DNA from: Oscillospiraceae bacterium
GTDB lineage: Bacteria > Bacillota > Clostridia > Oscillospirales > Ruminococcaceae
NCBI GenBank assembly: GCA_021200565.1
Contig: JAJQGJ010000002.1
Span: forward strand, 101,351 to 165,350
Length of the DNA stretch: 64,000 nt
Direction: 5' to 3'
This document shows, piece by piece, positions 8,411-17,644 of the stretch. The notes under the pieces were generated by a model. The model was not told the origin of the DNA. It did not search any database and saw nothing but the letters and a program-made list of their open reading frames with translations. The position numbers were made by a program, and so were the translations under genes. Positions within the stretch are counted from its first letter, which is position 1. Each line of letters starts with the position of its first letter.

Positions 8411-9076
8411 TTATTTTGATATTAAGCAGTTTTTCTCATTGAAGCCACAAATATCATCGCCAAAACCGCTATTGCAACGCCCGAAGCAACAAAGCAGACC
8501 GCCGTTCCCATTCCAGACAACGCCGACGACACAAGAAGCATCGCTATCTCCGGAAGGCTCCCGCCTCTGCTGAACACCGCTTTTCTGCCATTCATCGGTA
8601 AGGGCATTGCGAACACGGATAGAAAGAATCCGCTGATTAATCCACTCATCACTGTATCCCTTTTTCTGATAGGTTTCCAAGGCTCTGTCAATCGCCTGTT
8701 CCGGGTCTATCGTTTCTTCAATCCTTTCCGTTCCCACACGGGCAAGCCACAGCTTGAACGGTTCAGCCTTCGGTGATGGGATGGACTGAATAATACGCAA
8801 GAGTTGTTCGGTATTTGCAACATCGGTCAAACGCCGTTTGCCATCTGTTGCTTTCATTTTCAACTGCTGACAATTTGTCAGCAGTTGATCTGCTCCTTCT
8901 TCCTTCAGTCGCTGTTTCAGTTTTGCCCAATAATTGCTGGCGCCTCTCTGATTCGGCTGTTCTGTCAAAACGCCGACAACATCCACAATGGAAAAATACC
9001 ATTCTTCCCGTTCTTCGTCCCAAGCGGTACGAATTGGCTGATCTTCATATAATTGAATTTTGTTATTATCGTTCAT
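8411..9076 (-). pseudogene. Bro-N / DinD-like DNA-damage-inducible protein, 3' end decayed
   Basis: The N-terminus (IRTAWDEEREEWYFSIVDVVGVL...) fits a Bro-N domain. After ...TDEWQKSGVQ the reading frame turns to Cys/Gly-rich nonsense. The family-like segment EIAMLL....SGMGT continues in another frame (ORF 8422-8691). The usual C-terminal ~100 aa are missing. Confidence 0.6.
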
Positions 9077-9221
9077 CGTGCATATCCTCCTGTATTTTCT
9101 CTACTTATTATCATTCTTATTTCCCGCACTCTTATACAAATATTATAATACTATCCGGCGGTGTTTTCAATACCCACGCCGGTAGGCGTCACGATAATTC
9201 ATCTTTTACCTATATTTTACC

Positions 9222-9250
9222 TTGACAGATTGCACAAAAAATGATACTAT
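9222..9250 (+). promoter_or_regulatory. Sigma-A type promoter TTGACA-17-TACTAT
   Basis: A consensus -35 with 17-nt spacing, about 50 nt upstream of the 9301 start codon. Confidence 0.6.
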
Positions 9251-9300
9251 ATAATATTGGATATGTCTAAAATAAATATTTTATGGAGGAAACATCAATC

Positions 9301-10227
9301 ATGAGCAGTTACAAGGATTTAAGAATTGTAGATAATTTCTACCAGACCTCGGCGTTCTTCCCGATGCCGACAATGATGATTGGCACCATTGCTGACGACG
9401 GAAGCACCACCTTCGGTCCCTACTCCCTCTGTTCGCCCTATTATGTTGCAGGCAAGGGATATTATGCAATGATCTTAAACTGCCGCAATTCTTCGAATAC
9501 GGCGCAGAACATCTTGAAGAGAAAGAGATGCACTCTTAACTTCATCTATGACGACAAAAAGCTCTTCAAGGAGGCTGTCAGAATGGGCTGGCCCGGAGAC
9601 ACTCCCGAGGAGAAGATGAAGGACTGCAAGTTCACCCTCGAGGACGGTCTTCTCAAGGAAGCTGACCCGAACGGCACTTACCCGCAGGTCATCAAGGAGT
9701 GCTTCCAGGTGTTCGAGTGCGTCTGGATGGACACTCTTGACAACGCCCAGGACGACAAGCCGGGCGAGCTCCACGGCTATCCAGGACCTTATCACGATTT
9801 CAACGGCATCACCTCTGAATTCGGCGCACACTTCATCCTGAAGATCGAGAAGATTCTCATGAAGGAGAAGCACTACAACGCCATTATCAACGGCGTCAAG
9901 GCTTCCGGATTCCCGAAGGTTCCTGTCGACTACGGTTATCGTGATTCGAAGAACTTCTGGTACACCCACTTCAGCCGCCCGATTCCCGAGCTTCTGCCTA
10001 TCCGTGAGGGCAACCTCGACTCGGTCAAGTACGCTGCAAAGAGAATCGACCCGGACGTTCAGTTCACCGACGAAGCCTGCATGAAGCTCATCAACGTTCC
10101 GAGAATCTTCCTCCCGACAGCTCTCAAGGGCTGTGTCGACTGGGCAAAGCAGAACGGCGTCACCCTCATCACTGAGGAGCACATGAACATCATCAACGAC
10201 AAGCGCTCGAAAGAGAAGAACAAGTAA
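9301..10227 (+). CDS. Flavin-reductase-like (FMN-binding split-barrel) protein
   Basis: The N-terminal half resembles flavin reductase family proteins. The ATG at 9301 sits 8 nt after GGAGGAAA. The track ATG at 9283 overlaps that RBS. Confidence 0.5.
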   Translation: MSSYKDLRIVDNFYQTSAFFPMPTMMIGTIADDGSTTFGPYSLCSPYYVAGKGYYAMILNCRNSSNTAQNILKRKRCTLNFIYDDKKLFKEAVRMGWPGDTPEEKMKDCKFTLEDGLLKEADPNGTYPQVIKECFQVFECVWMDTLDNAQDDKPGELHGYPGPYHDFNGITSEFGAHFILKIEKILMKEKHYNAIINGVKASGFPKVPVDYGYRDSKNFWYTHFSRPIPELLPIREGNLDSVKYAAKRIDPDVQFTDEACMKLINVPRIFLPTALKGCVDWAKQNGVTLITEEHMNIINDKRSKEKNK

Positions 10228-10246
10228 CCAAAGAGGAGTAAGTGAA

Positions 10247-11104
10247 ATGAAAGTAGTATTAGCAGGAGCTTATGGCAAGCTCGGCAGTGAAATCCTGAAG
10301 TCGCTAGTTTCGAGGAACATCGAGACCGTCGCGGCTGACATGGTAGAGCGTGACATTGAGGGACTTGACAAGTCTAAGTACACATTCAAGAAGCTCGACG
10401 TCACCAGCAAAGAAGCTCTCAAGGGCTTGTGCGACGGCGCAGACACGGTTATCACAACTGTCGGTCTGACCGCAACAAGCGCAACCCTCACGAATTATGA
10501 TATTGATTACAACGGCAACCTGAATCTCTTGGAAGAGGCAAAGAGTGCCGGCGTCACGAAATTCGTGTACATCTCGGTCATCAAGGCTGACAAGGCTCCA
10601 GATGTCCCGATGCTCCACGCAAAGTATCTCTTTGAAGAGAAGCTCAAGGAAAGCGGCATCTCCTACGTCATCCACCGCCCGACAGGCTATTTCTACGACA
10701 TAGTCAAGGTTTTCAGACCGATGATCGAAAACGGCAAGGTAACACTCTTAGGAAAAGAACCGGTTCACGCAAACGTCGTCCACACGACAGACTTCGCTGA
10801 GTTCATAGTAGATCACATCGGCGACAATAATGTCACCTACGATGTCGGCGGCAAGGAAACCTGGTCTTATGAAGAAATTGCGAGAATGTGCTTCGCAGCT
10901 GCCGGCAAGGAGCCGGTCATCAAGCGTGCTCCGGCATGGCTCTTCGACGTATTGGGAAGCCTTCCTAAGAACAAGAAGAACGGCAAGCAGGCAATCTTAA
11001 AGTTCTCGAAGTGGACTCTTACAGAAGAGATGGTCGGCGACACACATGTCGGCGAATCAAGCTTCAAGGAATATATTAACGAGAGCTTCAAGAAGGAGGG
11101 CTAA
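10247..11104 (+). CDS. NAD(P)H-binding atypical SDR (NmrA-like)
   Basis: The protein starts MKVVLAGAYGKLGSEI with a Rossmann glycine motif at the extreme N-terminus. At 285 aa it fits the NmrA/HSCARG-like family. Confidence 0.7.
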   Translation: MKVVLAGAYGKLGSEILKSLVSRNIETVAADMVERDIEGLDKSKYTFKKLDVTSKEALKGLCDGADTVITTVGLTATSATLTNYDIDYNGNLNLLEEAKSAGVTKFVYISVIKADKAPDVPMLHAKYLFEEKLKESGISYVIHRPTGYFYDIVKVFRPMIENGKVTLLGKEPVHANVVHTTDFAEFIVDHIGDNNVTYDVGGKETWSYEEIARMCFAAAGKEPVIKRAPAWLFDVLGSLPKNKKNGKQAILKFSKWTLTEEMVGDTHVGESSFKEYINESFKKEG

Positions 11105-11107
11105 ACT

Positions 11108-11914
11108 ATGGGAATCTGGGCTTATGTCGGAATATTCTATCTCGTCAGCCTTATCTGCTGCGCAGTAGGATTCAAGAAGTATGTCTACTTCCTTTCTGTC
11201 GGTTACGGCTTCTCCGTAATCGGCTTGGGAATAGCCTACCTCGTTTCAGCGTTTGCAGGCGGCTACGCATGGAATATCGTCACAATTTTGCAGTGTGTTC
11301 TCTTCGTGGTTTACGGATGCCGGCTTTCAGGCTTCCTGATTGTCAGAGAGCTCAAAAACGGCAACTACCGCAAGGTTCTCAAAGAAGCAACCAAGGAAGA
11401 CGAAAAGCCTATGCCAATCTTCGTCAAGATTGCAATCTGGCTCTGCGTCGGAATTCTCTACTTCGCTCAGACCTCGCCGGTATTCTTCAGAATCTATAAC
11501 AGAGAGGGAACTGACGTCGTTTTGCCTCTTATCGGGGTTATAATCAGTGCATGCGGAATCATCTTAGAATCGATTTCCGACAAGCAGAAGAGTGCACAGA
11601 AAGCCGTCAACCCGAACATGGTTGCTACAAAGGGTCTTTTCAAGATGGTCAGATGCCCGAACTACCTGGGCGAAATCATCTTCTGGACTGGCGTGCTTGT
11701 AGGTTCGCTTAATGCACTTTCGGGAGTCGGACAGTGGCTGACAGCAGTTATCGGCTGGATTCTCATCGTCTTCATCATGTTCAACGGCGCACAGCGTCTT
11801 GACCGCCGCCAGGAAAAGAGATACGGCAACATGAAGGAATACAGAGACTATGCCGACCACACGCCGATTATCATACCGCTGATTCCGGTTTACCATGTAG
11901 GGAAGTATAAGTAA
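11108..11914 (+). CDS. DUF1295 / steroid 5-alpha-reductase-like polytopic membrane protein
   Basis: Multiple TM helices and the C-terminal box VRCPNYLGEIIFWTG, characteristic of the SRD5A/ICMT-like superfamily. Confidence 0.7.
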   Translation: MGIWAYVGIFYLVSLICCAVGFKKYVYFLSVGYGFSVIGLGIAYLVSAFAGGYAWNIVTILQCVLFVVYGCRLSGFLIVRELKNGNYRKVLKEATKEDEKPMPIFVKIAIWLCVGILYFAQTSPVFFRIYNREGTDVVLPLIGVIISACGIILESISDKQKSAQKAVNPNMVATKGLFKMVRCPNYLGEIIFWTGVLVGSLNALSGVGQWLTAVIGWILIVFIMFNGAQRLDRRQEKRYGNMKEYRDYADHTPIIIPLIPVYHVGKYK

Positions 11915-11917
11915 TAA

Positions 11918-12008
11918 TGTAGGGGCTGGATACACAGTTGGCTTTGCCAACTGCCCGCCCGAACCCCGCAATCTGCACCACAACGGGCGGATAATATCCG
12001 CCCCTACA
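11918..12008. repeat. Intergenic repeat family C copy
   Basis: tgtaggggctggatacacagttggctttgccaactgcccgccc...cgggcggataatatccgcccctaca. Same orientation as the copy at 40499-40588. Confidence 0.9.
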
Positions 12009-12048
12009 GGTGCCAATTAACAACGTTAATTCGAAAGGAAAGAGAAAT

Positions 12049-12693
12049 ATGTCAGTTCAAATGGCTCTCGTTGATTACATTCCGGTTCTGATGTTTTTAG
12101 CAGCCGCTGTAACCCTGCAAAGAGACCTCTACAAAAGCATGAGCAAGGGTGCATTTGCACTCTTCTCCGCCGGCACCATCACAGTTTTCGTCGCCGGATT
12201 CTACAAGGCAACCTGGAAGCTCCTCTATGGCGCAGGAGTCTGCGACTTTGTGCCTCTAAACAAGTCCTTCTTCCCGATGCAGACAACCGGCTTCGTGCTC
12301 GCTGCACTCGGAATGCTCGCACTTCTTTGCCATAATCAGGGAGACGAGAATAAGCTCAATTCAGTAGCAATCATCCCGGCTCTGGGAGTTATCCTCACCG
12401 CCGCCGCTCCTGAAGAGTACTCCGGCACCATGATTTTCGTTATACTGATGGTTTTGGGCGTCCTCATCCTCGACGTCGGACTCATCATTATCTCAGCAAA
12501 GAATAAGCAGACCATCGCCGCAGTGATCTATGGAGTCTCGTTCGTCTTCGTAATGGGAATGGGCTACCTTTCGTCGAAGGATTTTAATGAGCCTTTGATG
12601 AACTGGATAGCCGAATTCACGAATATCATAGGACAAGGAACGTTCCTCTTAGCAACCTGGATGCTTCATAAAAACGTGTTTGCGAAGAAGTAA
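12049..12693 (+). CDS. Hypothetical polytopic membrane protein
   Basis: The ATG at 12049 has AAAGGAAAGAG upstream. The track start (GTG at 12010) lies inside the family C repeat. Confidence 0.6.
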   Translation: MSVQMALVDYIPVLMFLAAAVTLQRDLYKSMSKGAFALFSAGTITVFVAGFYKATWKLLYGAGVCDFVPLNKSFFPMQTTGFVLAALGMLALLCHNQGDENKLNSVAIIPALGVILTAAAPEEYSGTMIFVILMVLGVLILDVGLIIISAKNKQTIAAVIYGVSFVFVMGMGYLSSKDFNEPLMNWIAEFTNIIGQGTFLLATWMLHKNVFAKK

Positions 12694-12716
12694 GTAGAGT
12701 TGACTTGATATGAATA

Positions 12717-12750
12717 ACCCCACCGCATCTCTACGGTGGGGTTGATTTTT
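12717..12750 (+). terminator. Intrinsic terminator
   Basis: Hairpin CCCCACCG-n8-CGGTGGGG followed by TTGATTTTT. Confidence 0.8.
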
Positions 12751-12800
12751 GCAGTAAAACAAAAATTGCAACGAAAAATGTAGCTATCGGCACATTTTTT

Positions 12801-13457
12801 CTACATTACTATATCCTGAGTCTCTGGCAACGGCAAATATGAATACTCTTCCGAAAAGACTACTTTCGACCAATCAGCTTTTCTTGCAAAGTAAACTATC
12901 TCGGAATACTTTTCTTCACTTATCTTCTTTCTGTATGTAACAATTACCCTAACATAATCGGAGACATTATTCCTTATGTCTTCTTTAAGCACGGTGTTAG
13001 GAATATACTCTCCGCTTTCTTCATCTTTAACAAATCCGACACATGCCTTAGTGCCGCCTGCGAGCTTCTCGGTATATAGCTTTGGACGCATTGAGCTGAA
13101 GTCGCCTACCATATTAGCCATCAGACTTTTGTTTATGATATATGGAAGAATATCAAGCTTCATTGTGGTGGTTCCCTTGTCTGAAAATTCAAAATCATCG
13201 GGGCTTAATCTGTGCGCCAGACAACGCTCGTAAAATTCTGCTGCCGAAAACGACATACTATCACTCCGATTATCCTTTGCGGGTCTTAAACCGGTCATAT
13301 GCATATAACTGTAATCATGAAAGGTTACCTCAATATACGATAGCTGCTTATGCTTGTCCATGCAGACAAACAAGAGATTCCGATTATTCAGTTCGTCTTG
13401 ATACTTTTCAGCACAACTCACAACTATGTCTATAGCATTTTTCTTGGAATACTGCAT
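12801..13457 (-). CDS. Stand-alone PBECR4-like (Barnase/EndoU/ColicinE5-D/RelE-like) putative nuclease
   Basis: 218 aa from the ATG at 13457, which has GGAGAA upstream. From memory, the layout matches PBECR4-domain proteins: N-terminal helical part, NLLFVC...IEV.F....YMHMTGL box, GTTTMKLDILP, CVGF.KDE. The gene is visibly AT-richer than its neighbours. Confidence 0.5.
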   Translation of the reverse strand: MQYSKKNAIDIVVSCAEKYQDELNNRNLLFVCMDKHKQLSYIEVTFHDYSYMHMTGLRPAKDNRSDSMSFSAAEFYERCLAHRLSPDDFEFSDKGTTTMKLDILPYIINKSLMANMVGDFSSMRPKLYTEKLAGGTKACVGFVKDEESGEYIPNTVLKEDIRNNVSDYVRVIVTYRKKISEEKYSEIVYFARKADWSKVVFSEEYSYLPLPETQDIVM

Positions 13458-13472
13458 TTTATTCTCCAAAGA

Positions 13473-13693
13473 TTAAAATAAAAGGAGACAGCCCACAATG
13501 CCGCAACATTGCTCGACTTTCTCCTTGATAACTGGTTTTTCTGTCGTCCGCCGACTCTCAGTTCCTTCCGGCAAAGCCGTTCTACTGCATCGCTACGGGT
13601 TTTCCGTTGCCCGCCAACTCTCCGGTCCAAAGCCCGGCATCACTTTCGGATTTTAGGTGCCAGTCGCACCGGTGGGATGTCGCCCACCTTCCT
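13473..13693 (-). ncRNA. Unclassified ~220-nt structured RNA or long 5' leader upstream of the PBECR4-like gene
   Basis: It has its own promoter (13700-13728). Successive hairpins are GGTGGG-cgacat-CCCACC, GGTGC-gactg-GCACC and TCCGAAAG-n9-CTTTGGA. The final hairpin AAGGAGA...TCTCCTT plus TTTATTTTA ends 6 nt before the RBS of the downstream gene. The segment is GC-rich relative to that gene and contains no plausible ORF. Confidence 0.45.
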
Positions 13694-13699
13694 GTTTAT

Positions 13700-13728
13700 A
13701 TTATACCCAATGGTGAGTGAAAAAGCAA
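13700..13728 (-). promoter_or_regulatory. Sigma-A type promoter TTGCTT-17-TATAAT
   Basis: Read on the minus strand: ttgctt tttcactcaccattggg tataat. Confidence 0.65.
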
Positions 13729-13777
13729 TAAGAATCTTTGTAAATTTTCTATGAACGAAAATTTGCTGATTCCCGCT

Positions 13778-14521
13778 TTACTCTTCCCCCTCTTCCTCCG
13801 GCATATCCCAGTTATGGTACACCTGCTGGACATCGTCATTGTCGTCGAGGGCGTCGAGGAGAAGTCCCATGAACTTCAGCTGATTCTCATCAGTCAGGGT
13901 TGTATAGGTTGAGGGGATCATCGTGTCCTCTGCGGAAACGAGCTTATAGCCCATTCCGGAAAGGGCTTCCGAAATCTTATAGACCTCGTTCGGGTCTGTT
14001 GAAACCTCTATAACGTCTTCTTCGACGTTGAAATCATTCGCTCCGGCTTCGAAGCAATCTTCCATCAGCTTGTCTTCATCGACGCCGTCATTCTCAAGAA
14101 CAATAACTCCCTTGCGGGTGAACATGAATGAAACGCAGCCGGTGGTTCCCATATTTCCGCCGAACTTGTCGAAGTAGTGACGGACATCAGCAGCAGTACG
14201 GTTCTTGTTGTCAGTGAGGCACTCGACGATGATTGCGACTCCGCCGGGACCATAGCCCTCATAGACCATCGTCTCATAGCTGTTCTTGTCGTTGTCGCCG
14301 GCAGCCTTCTTGATAACACGCTCGATATTGTCGTTCGGAACGTTATTAGCCTTAGCCTTGGCGATCAAATCTCTCAGCTTGGAGTTGGAGTTAGGGTCAG
14401 GACCTCCCTCCTTGACGCAGACGGTAATCTCTCTTCCCATACGTGTGAAGACCTTAGCCTTCGCACCGTCAGCGATTTCTTTCTTGCGCTTGATGTTGTT
14501 CCACTTTGAATGTCCTGACAT
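13778..14521 (-). CDS. yebC: YebC/PmpR family DNA-binding transcriptional regulator
   Basis: MSGHSKWNNIKRKK... is the canonical YebC N-terminus. Length is 247 aa. Confidence 0.93.
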   Translation of the reverse strand: MSGHSKWNNIKRKKEIADGAKAKVFTRMGREITVCVKEGGPDPNSNSKLRDLIAKAKANNVPNDNIERVIKKAAGDNDKNSYETMVYEGYGPGGVAIIVECLTDNKNRTAADVRHYFDKFGGNMGTTGCVSFMFTRKGVIVLENDGVDEDKLMEDCFEAGANDFNVEEDVIEVSTDPNEVYKISEALSGMGYKLVSAEDTMIPSTYTTLTDENQLKFMGLLLDALDDNDDVQQVYHNWDMPEEEGEE

Positions 14522-14544
14522 ACTAATCTCTCCAATTCATGTAT

Positions 14545-14592
14545 AATGCGTAATTCGCAATGCGTAATGCGTAATTAATTTTGCGATTACGC
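14545..14592. repeat. Heptamer microsatellite (family D), TAATGCG-like units
   Basis: taatgcg taattcg caatgcg taatgcg taatt... followed by gcgattacgc. An inverted relative lies at 44847-44880. Confidence 0.85.
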
Positions 14593-14994
14593 TGATGTCC
14601 ATATGATGTCAAATAATTCGTTGATCCGCTCCTTTTGTCCCGTCAGATATAAATACCCGAAAAGGCATTCGAGAGCGGTTGCTGTTCTGTATTCACGGAC
14701 GCTTGAATGCTTGGGAGGAGTTATCCCTCCGGCATTCCTTCCTCTGCGGAAGATGTCCGATTCCTCTTCCGAAAGAAGAGGAAGTATTTTCTCGCTCGCA
14801 GCCGACTGGAACTCACAGCAGACGTATTTTACAGTCAGGCTGTGGAGCTTTCCGGCGGGCATATTTGCGCTTAAGATGAGCTTTTCTCTTACGAGCTGCT
14901 CATAGACGCTGTCGCCCATGAATGCGAGCGCAGTGGGACTGTATTGTCCCGCTTCCTTTTTATCTAAAGCCTTGAACGACATTTCATCCTCCAA
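14587..14994 (-). CDS. mrnC: Mini-ribonuclease 3
   Basis: The ALAFMGDSVYEQLVRE RNase III signature in a 135-aa protein, located next to obg. Confidence 0.85.
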   Translation of the reverse strand: MEDEMSFKALDKKEAGQYSPTALAFMGDSVYEQLVREKLILSANMPAGKLHSLTVKYVCCEFQSAASEKILPLLSEEESDIFRRGRNAGGITPPKHSSVREYRTATALECLFGYLYLTGQKERINELFDIIWTSA

Positions 14995-14996
14995 AG

Positions 14997-16271
<1,275 letters not shown>

Positions 16272-16290
16272 CTAAACACCTCCGATTTAA

Positions 16291-16430
16291 TCCGCTCCCT
16301 GCGGTCGTGCCCTCTCAGTCAGCCACTTCGTGGCTGCCAGCTCTCCCAGAGGGAGAGCCAAGTTGCTGCCCTCTCACAAATTCTTGGCTCCCCCTTTGGG
16401 GGAGCTGTCGCCGAAGGCGACTGAGAGGGT
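16291..16430. repeat. Intergenic repeat family B, composite (two inverted units)
   Basis: ccctctcagtcagccacttcgtggctgccagctctcccagagggagagcc ... ggctccccctttgggggagctgtcgccgaaggcgactgagaggg. The outer arms are reverse complements of each other. Confidence 0.9.
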
Positions 16431-16484
16431 TCCGAAAAAACGTCCCCAAACGGTGAGGTTCGGGGGCGATTTCAAGCAAGTTGC

Positions 16485-16769
16485 TTATTTTTCTACAGGA
16501 TAAACGCTTACCTGCTTCCTGTCACGACCCAATCTTTCAAACCTTACTACACCGTCTACCTTTGCATAGAGGGTATCGTCTGAGCCGATGCCGACGTTGA
16601 CGCCGGGATGGATATGCGTTCCTCTCTGGCGATAGAGGATGTTGCCTGCAGGTACAAACTGACCGTCAGCTCTCTTTGCGCCTAATCTTTTTGATTCAGA
16701 CTCACGTCCGTTCTTAGTCGAGCTTGCTCCCTTTTTATGGGCGAAGAACTGCATACTTAATCTTAACAT
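16485..16769 (-). CDS. rpmA: 50S ribosomal protein L27 (with Prp-cleaved N-terminal extension)
   Basis: [22 protein letters not shown]... The extension ending in FFA is the Prp cleavage motif. Confidence 0.95.
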   Translation of the reverse strand: MLRLSMQFFAHKKGASSTKNGRESESKRLGAKRADGQFVPAGNILYRQRGTHIHPGVNVGIGSDDTLYAKVDGVVRFERLGRDRKQVSVYPVEK

Positions 16770-16814
16770 TTTATTTCACCGCTTTCTGAATTCGTTAGAA
16801 GTCCACCATTGCGA

Positions 16815-17126
16815 CTACTTCGTCACAACAGTAATATTGTCGGGATACTCTTCACTCAGAGCCTCAAGGTGCTCCTTAAGAGCTCCTATAAGCCTGTCCG
16901 CATTCTCAGACTTCTTATTCACTGTGAACCTTACCGTGTCGTCGAATACTTCCGGCAGAGCGTCCACATTGAAGCCGTCAATGCATATGTTTACAGTCAG
17001 CATGACTGCTGAGGAAACGGCTGCGCACACTATGTCGCTTCCCGCCTCCGAATATCCCGAATGTCCCGAGACTGAAAAGCCCTTGTAGCCTCCATTCCCG
17101 GAAACCTTAAATAACGCCGTTATCAT
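16815..17126 (-). CDS. prp: Ribosomal-processing cysteine protease Prp
   Basis: A 103-aa protein between rplU and rpmA with the GHSGY...DIVCAAVS motif. Confidence 0.9.
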   Translation of the reverse strand: MITALFKVSGNGGYKGFSVSGHSGYSEAGSDIVCAAVSSAVMLTVNICIDGFNVDALPEVFDDTVRFTVNKKSENADRLIGALKEHLEALSEEYPDNITVVTK

Positions 17127-17440
17127 TATGCCTTGATGGCTTCGATTCTCACCTGGGTGTAGGGCTGTCTGTGACCCTGCTTCTTGTGAGAGGAACCCTT
17201 CTTGGGCTTGTAGGTGAAAACGGTGATCTTCTTAGCCTTGCCGTTCTTAAGAACCTTGGCATTTACGGTTGCGCCCTCAACATAGGGTGTACCAACAGAA
17301 GTTGTTTCGCCATCGGAGAGAACTACGACCTTGTCGAAGGTTACCTCATCCTCTGCCTCTACGGGAAGCTTCTCAACAAAGACGATGTCGCCCTCGTGAA
17401 CCTGATACTGCTTTCCGCCTGTTTCAATTACTGCATACAT
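17126..17440 (-). CDS. rplU: 50S ribosomal protein L21
   Basis: [14 protein letters not shown]... begins at the ATG at 17440. The 35 extra codons in the track ORF (to 17545) run through the leader. Confidence 0.93.
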   Translation of the reverse strand: MYAVIETGGKQYQVHEGDIVFVEKLPVEAEDEVTFDKVVVLSDGETTSVGTPYVEGATVNAKVLKNGKAKKITVFTYKPKKGSSHKKQGHRQPYTQVRIEAIKA

Positions 17441-17568
17441 TTCTCGGCACCTGCCTTTACTATAAAACTCGCTATGAGGCGGCGCAACAGCTCCTGCGGA
17501 GCTGAGCAGTTCCCGCGGAACTGCCAACCTCAAAAAAGCCATCAACTTGACAGCCGACCATAAGCGGC
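17441..17568 (-). promoter_or_regulatory. rplU 5' leader, likely the ribosomal protein L21 leader element
   Basis: About 128 nt between the predicted TSS and the ATG. It carries twin hairpins CAGTTCC-gcg-GGAACTG and CAGCTCC-gca-GGAGCTG. L21 leaders are known upstream of rplU in Firmicutes. Confidence 0.5.
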
Positions 17569-17574
17569 TTAAAA

Positions 17575-17603
17575 ATTATACTACATTACGGGTCTAAATG
17601 CAA
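17575..17603 (-). promoter_or_regulatory. Sigma-A type promoter TTGCAT-17-TATAAT for rplU-prp-rpmA
   Basis: Read on the minus strand: ttgcat ttagacccgtaatgtag tataat. Confidence 0.65.
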
Positions 17604-17644
17604 CTGAAAAGAGGGATTGTTCACAGAAAATTTACAAATTGTGC

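Noticed and set aside
13473-13693. I considered SRP (4.5S/scRNA), 6S RNA, T-box, cobalamin riboswitch and RNase P identities for the structured RNA upstream of the PBECR4-like gene.
   Set aside because: It contains CCGGAAGGAA, reminiscent of the SRP helix 8 GGAA tetraloop. The flanks cannot form helix 8, there is no AGCA symmetric-loop motif, and there is no long 5'/3' pairing. 6S-like end pairing is also absent. The T-box core (GGGUGGUACCGCG before a terminator) and the B12 box are not present. GGAGAAAGUCGAGC only loosely resembles the RNase P CR-I, and the RNA is too short. It is left unclassified.
14545-14592. Family D CGTAAT-containing repeats as Zur boxes, because of the nearby theme of metal genes.
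   Set aside because: Firmicute Zur boxes are 7-1-7 palindromes (TCGTAAT-n-ATTACGA) located at promoters. These are 7-bp direct tandem arrays located at gene ends, far from the ZIP gene.
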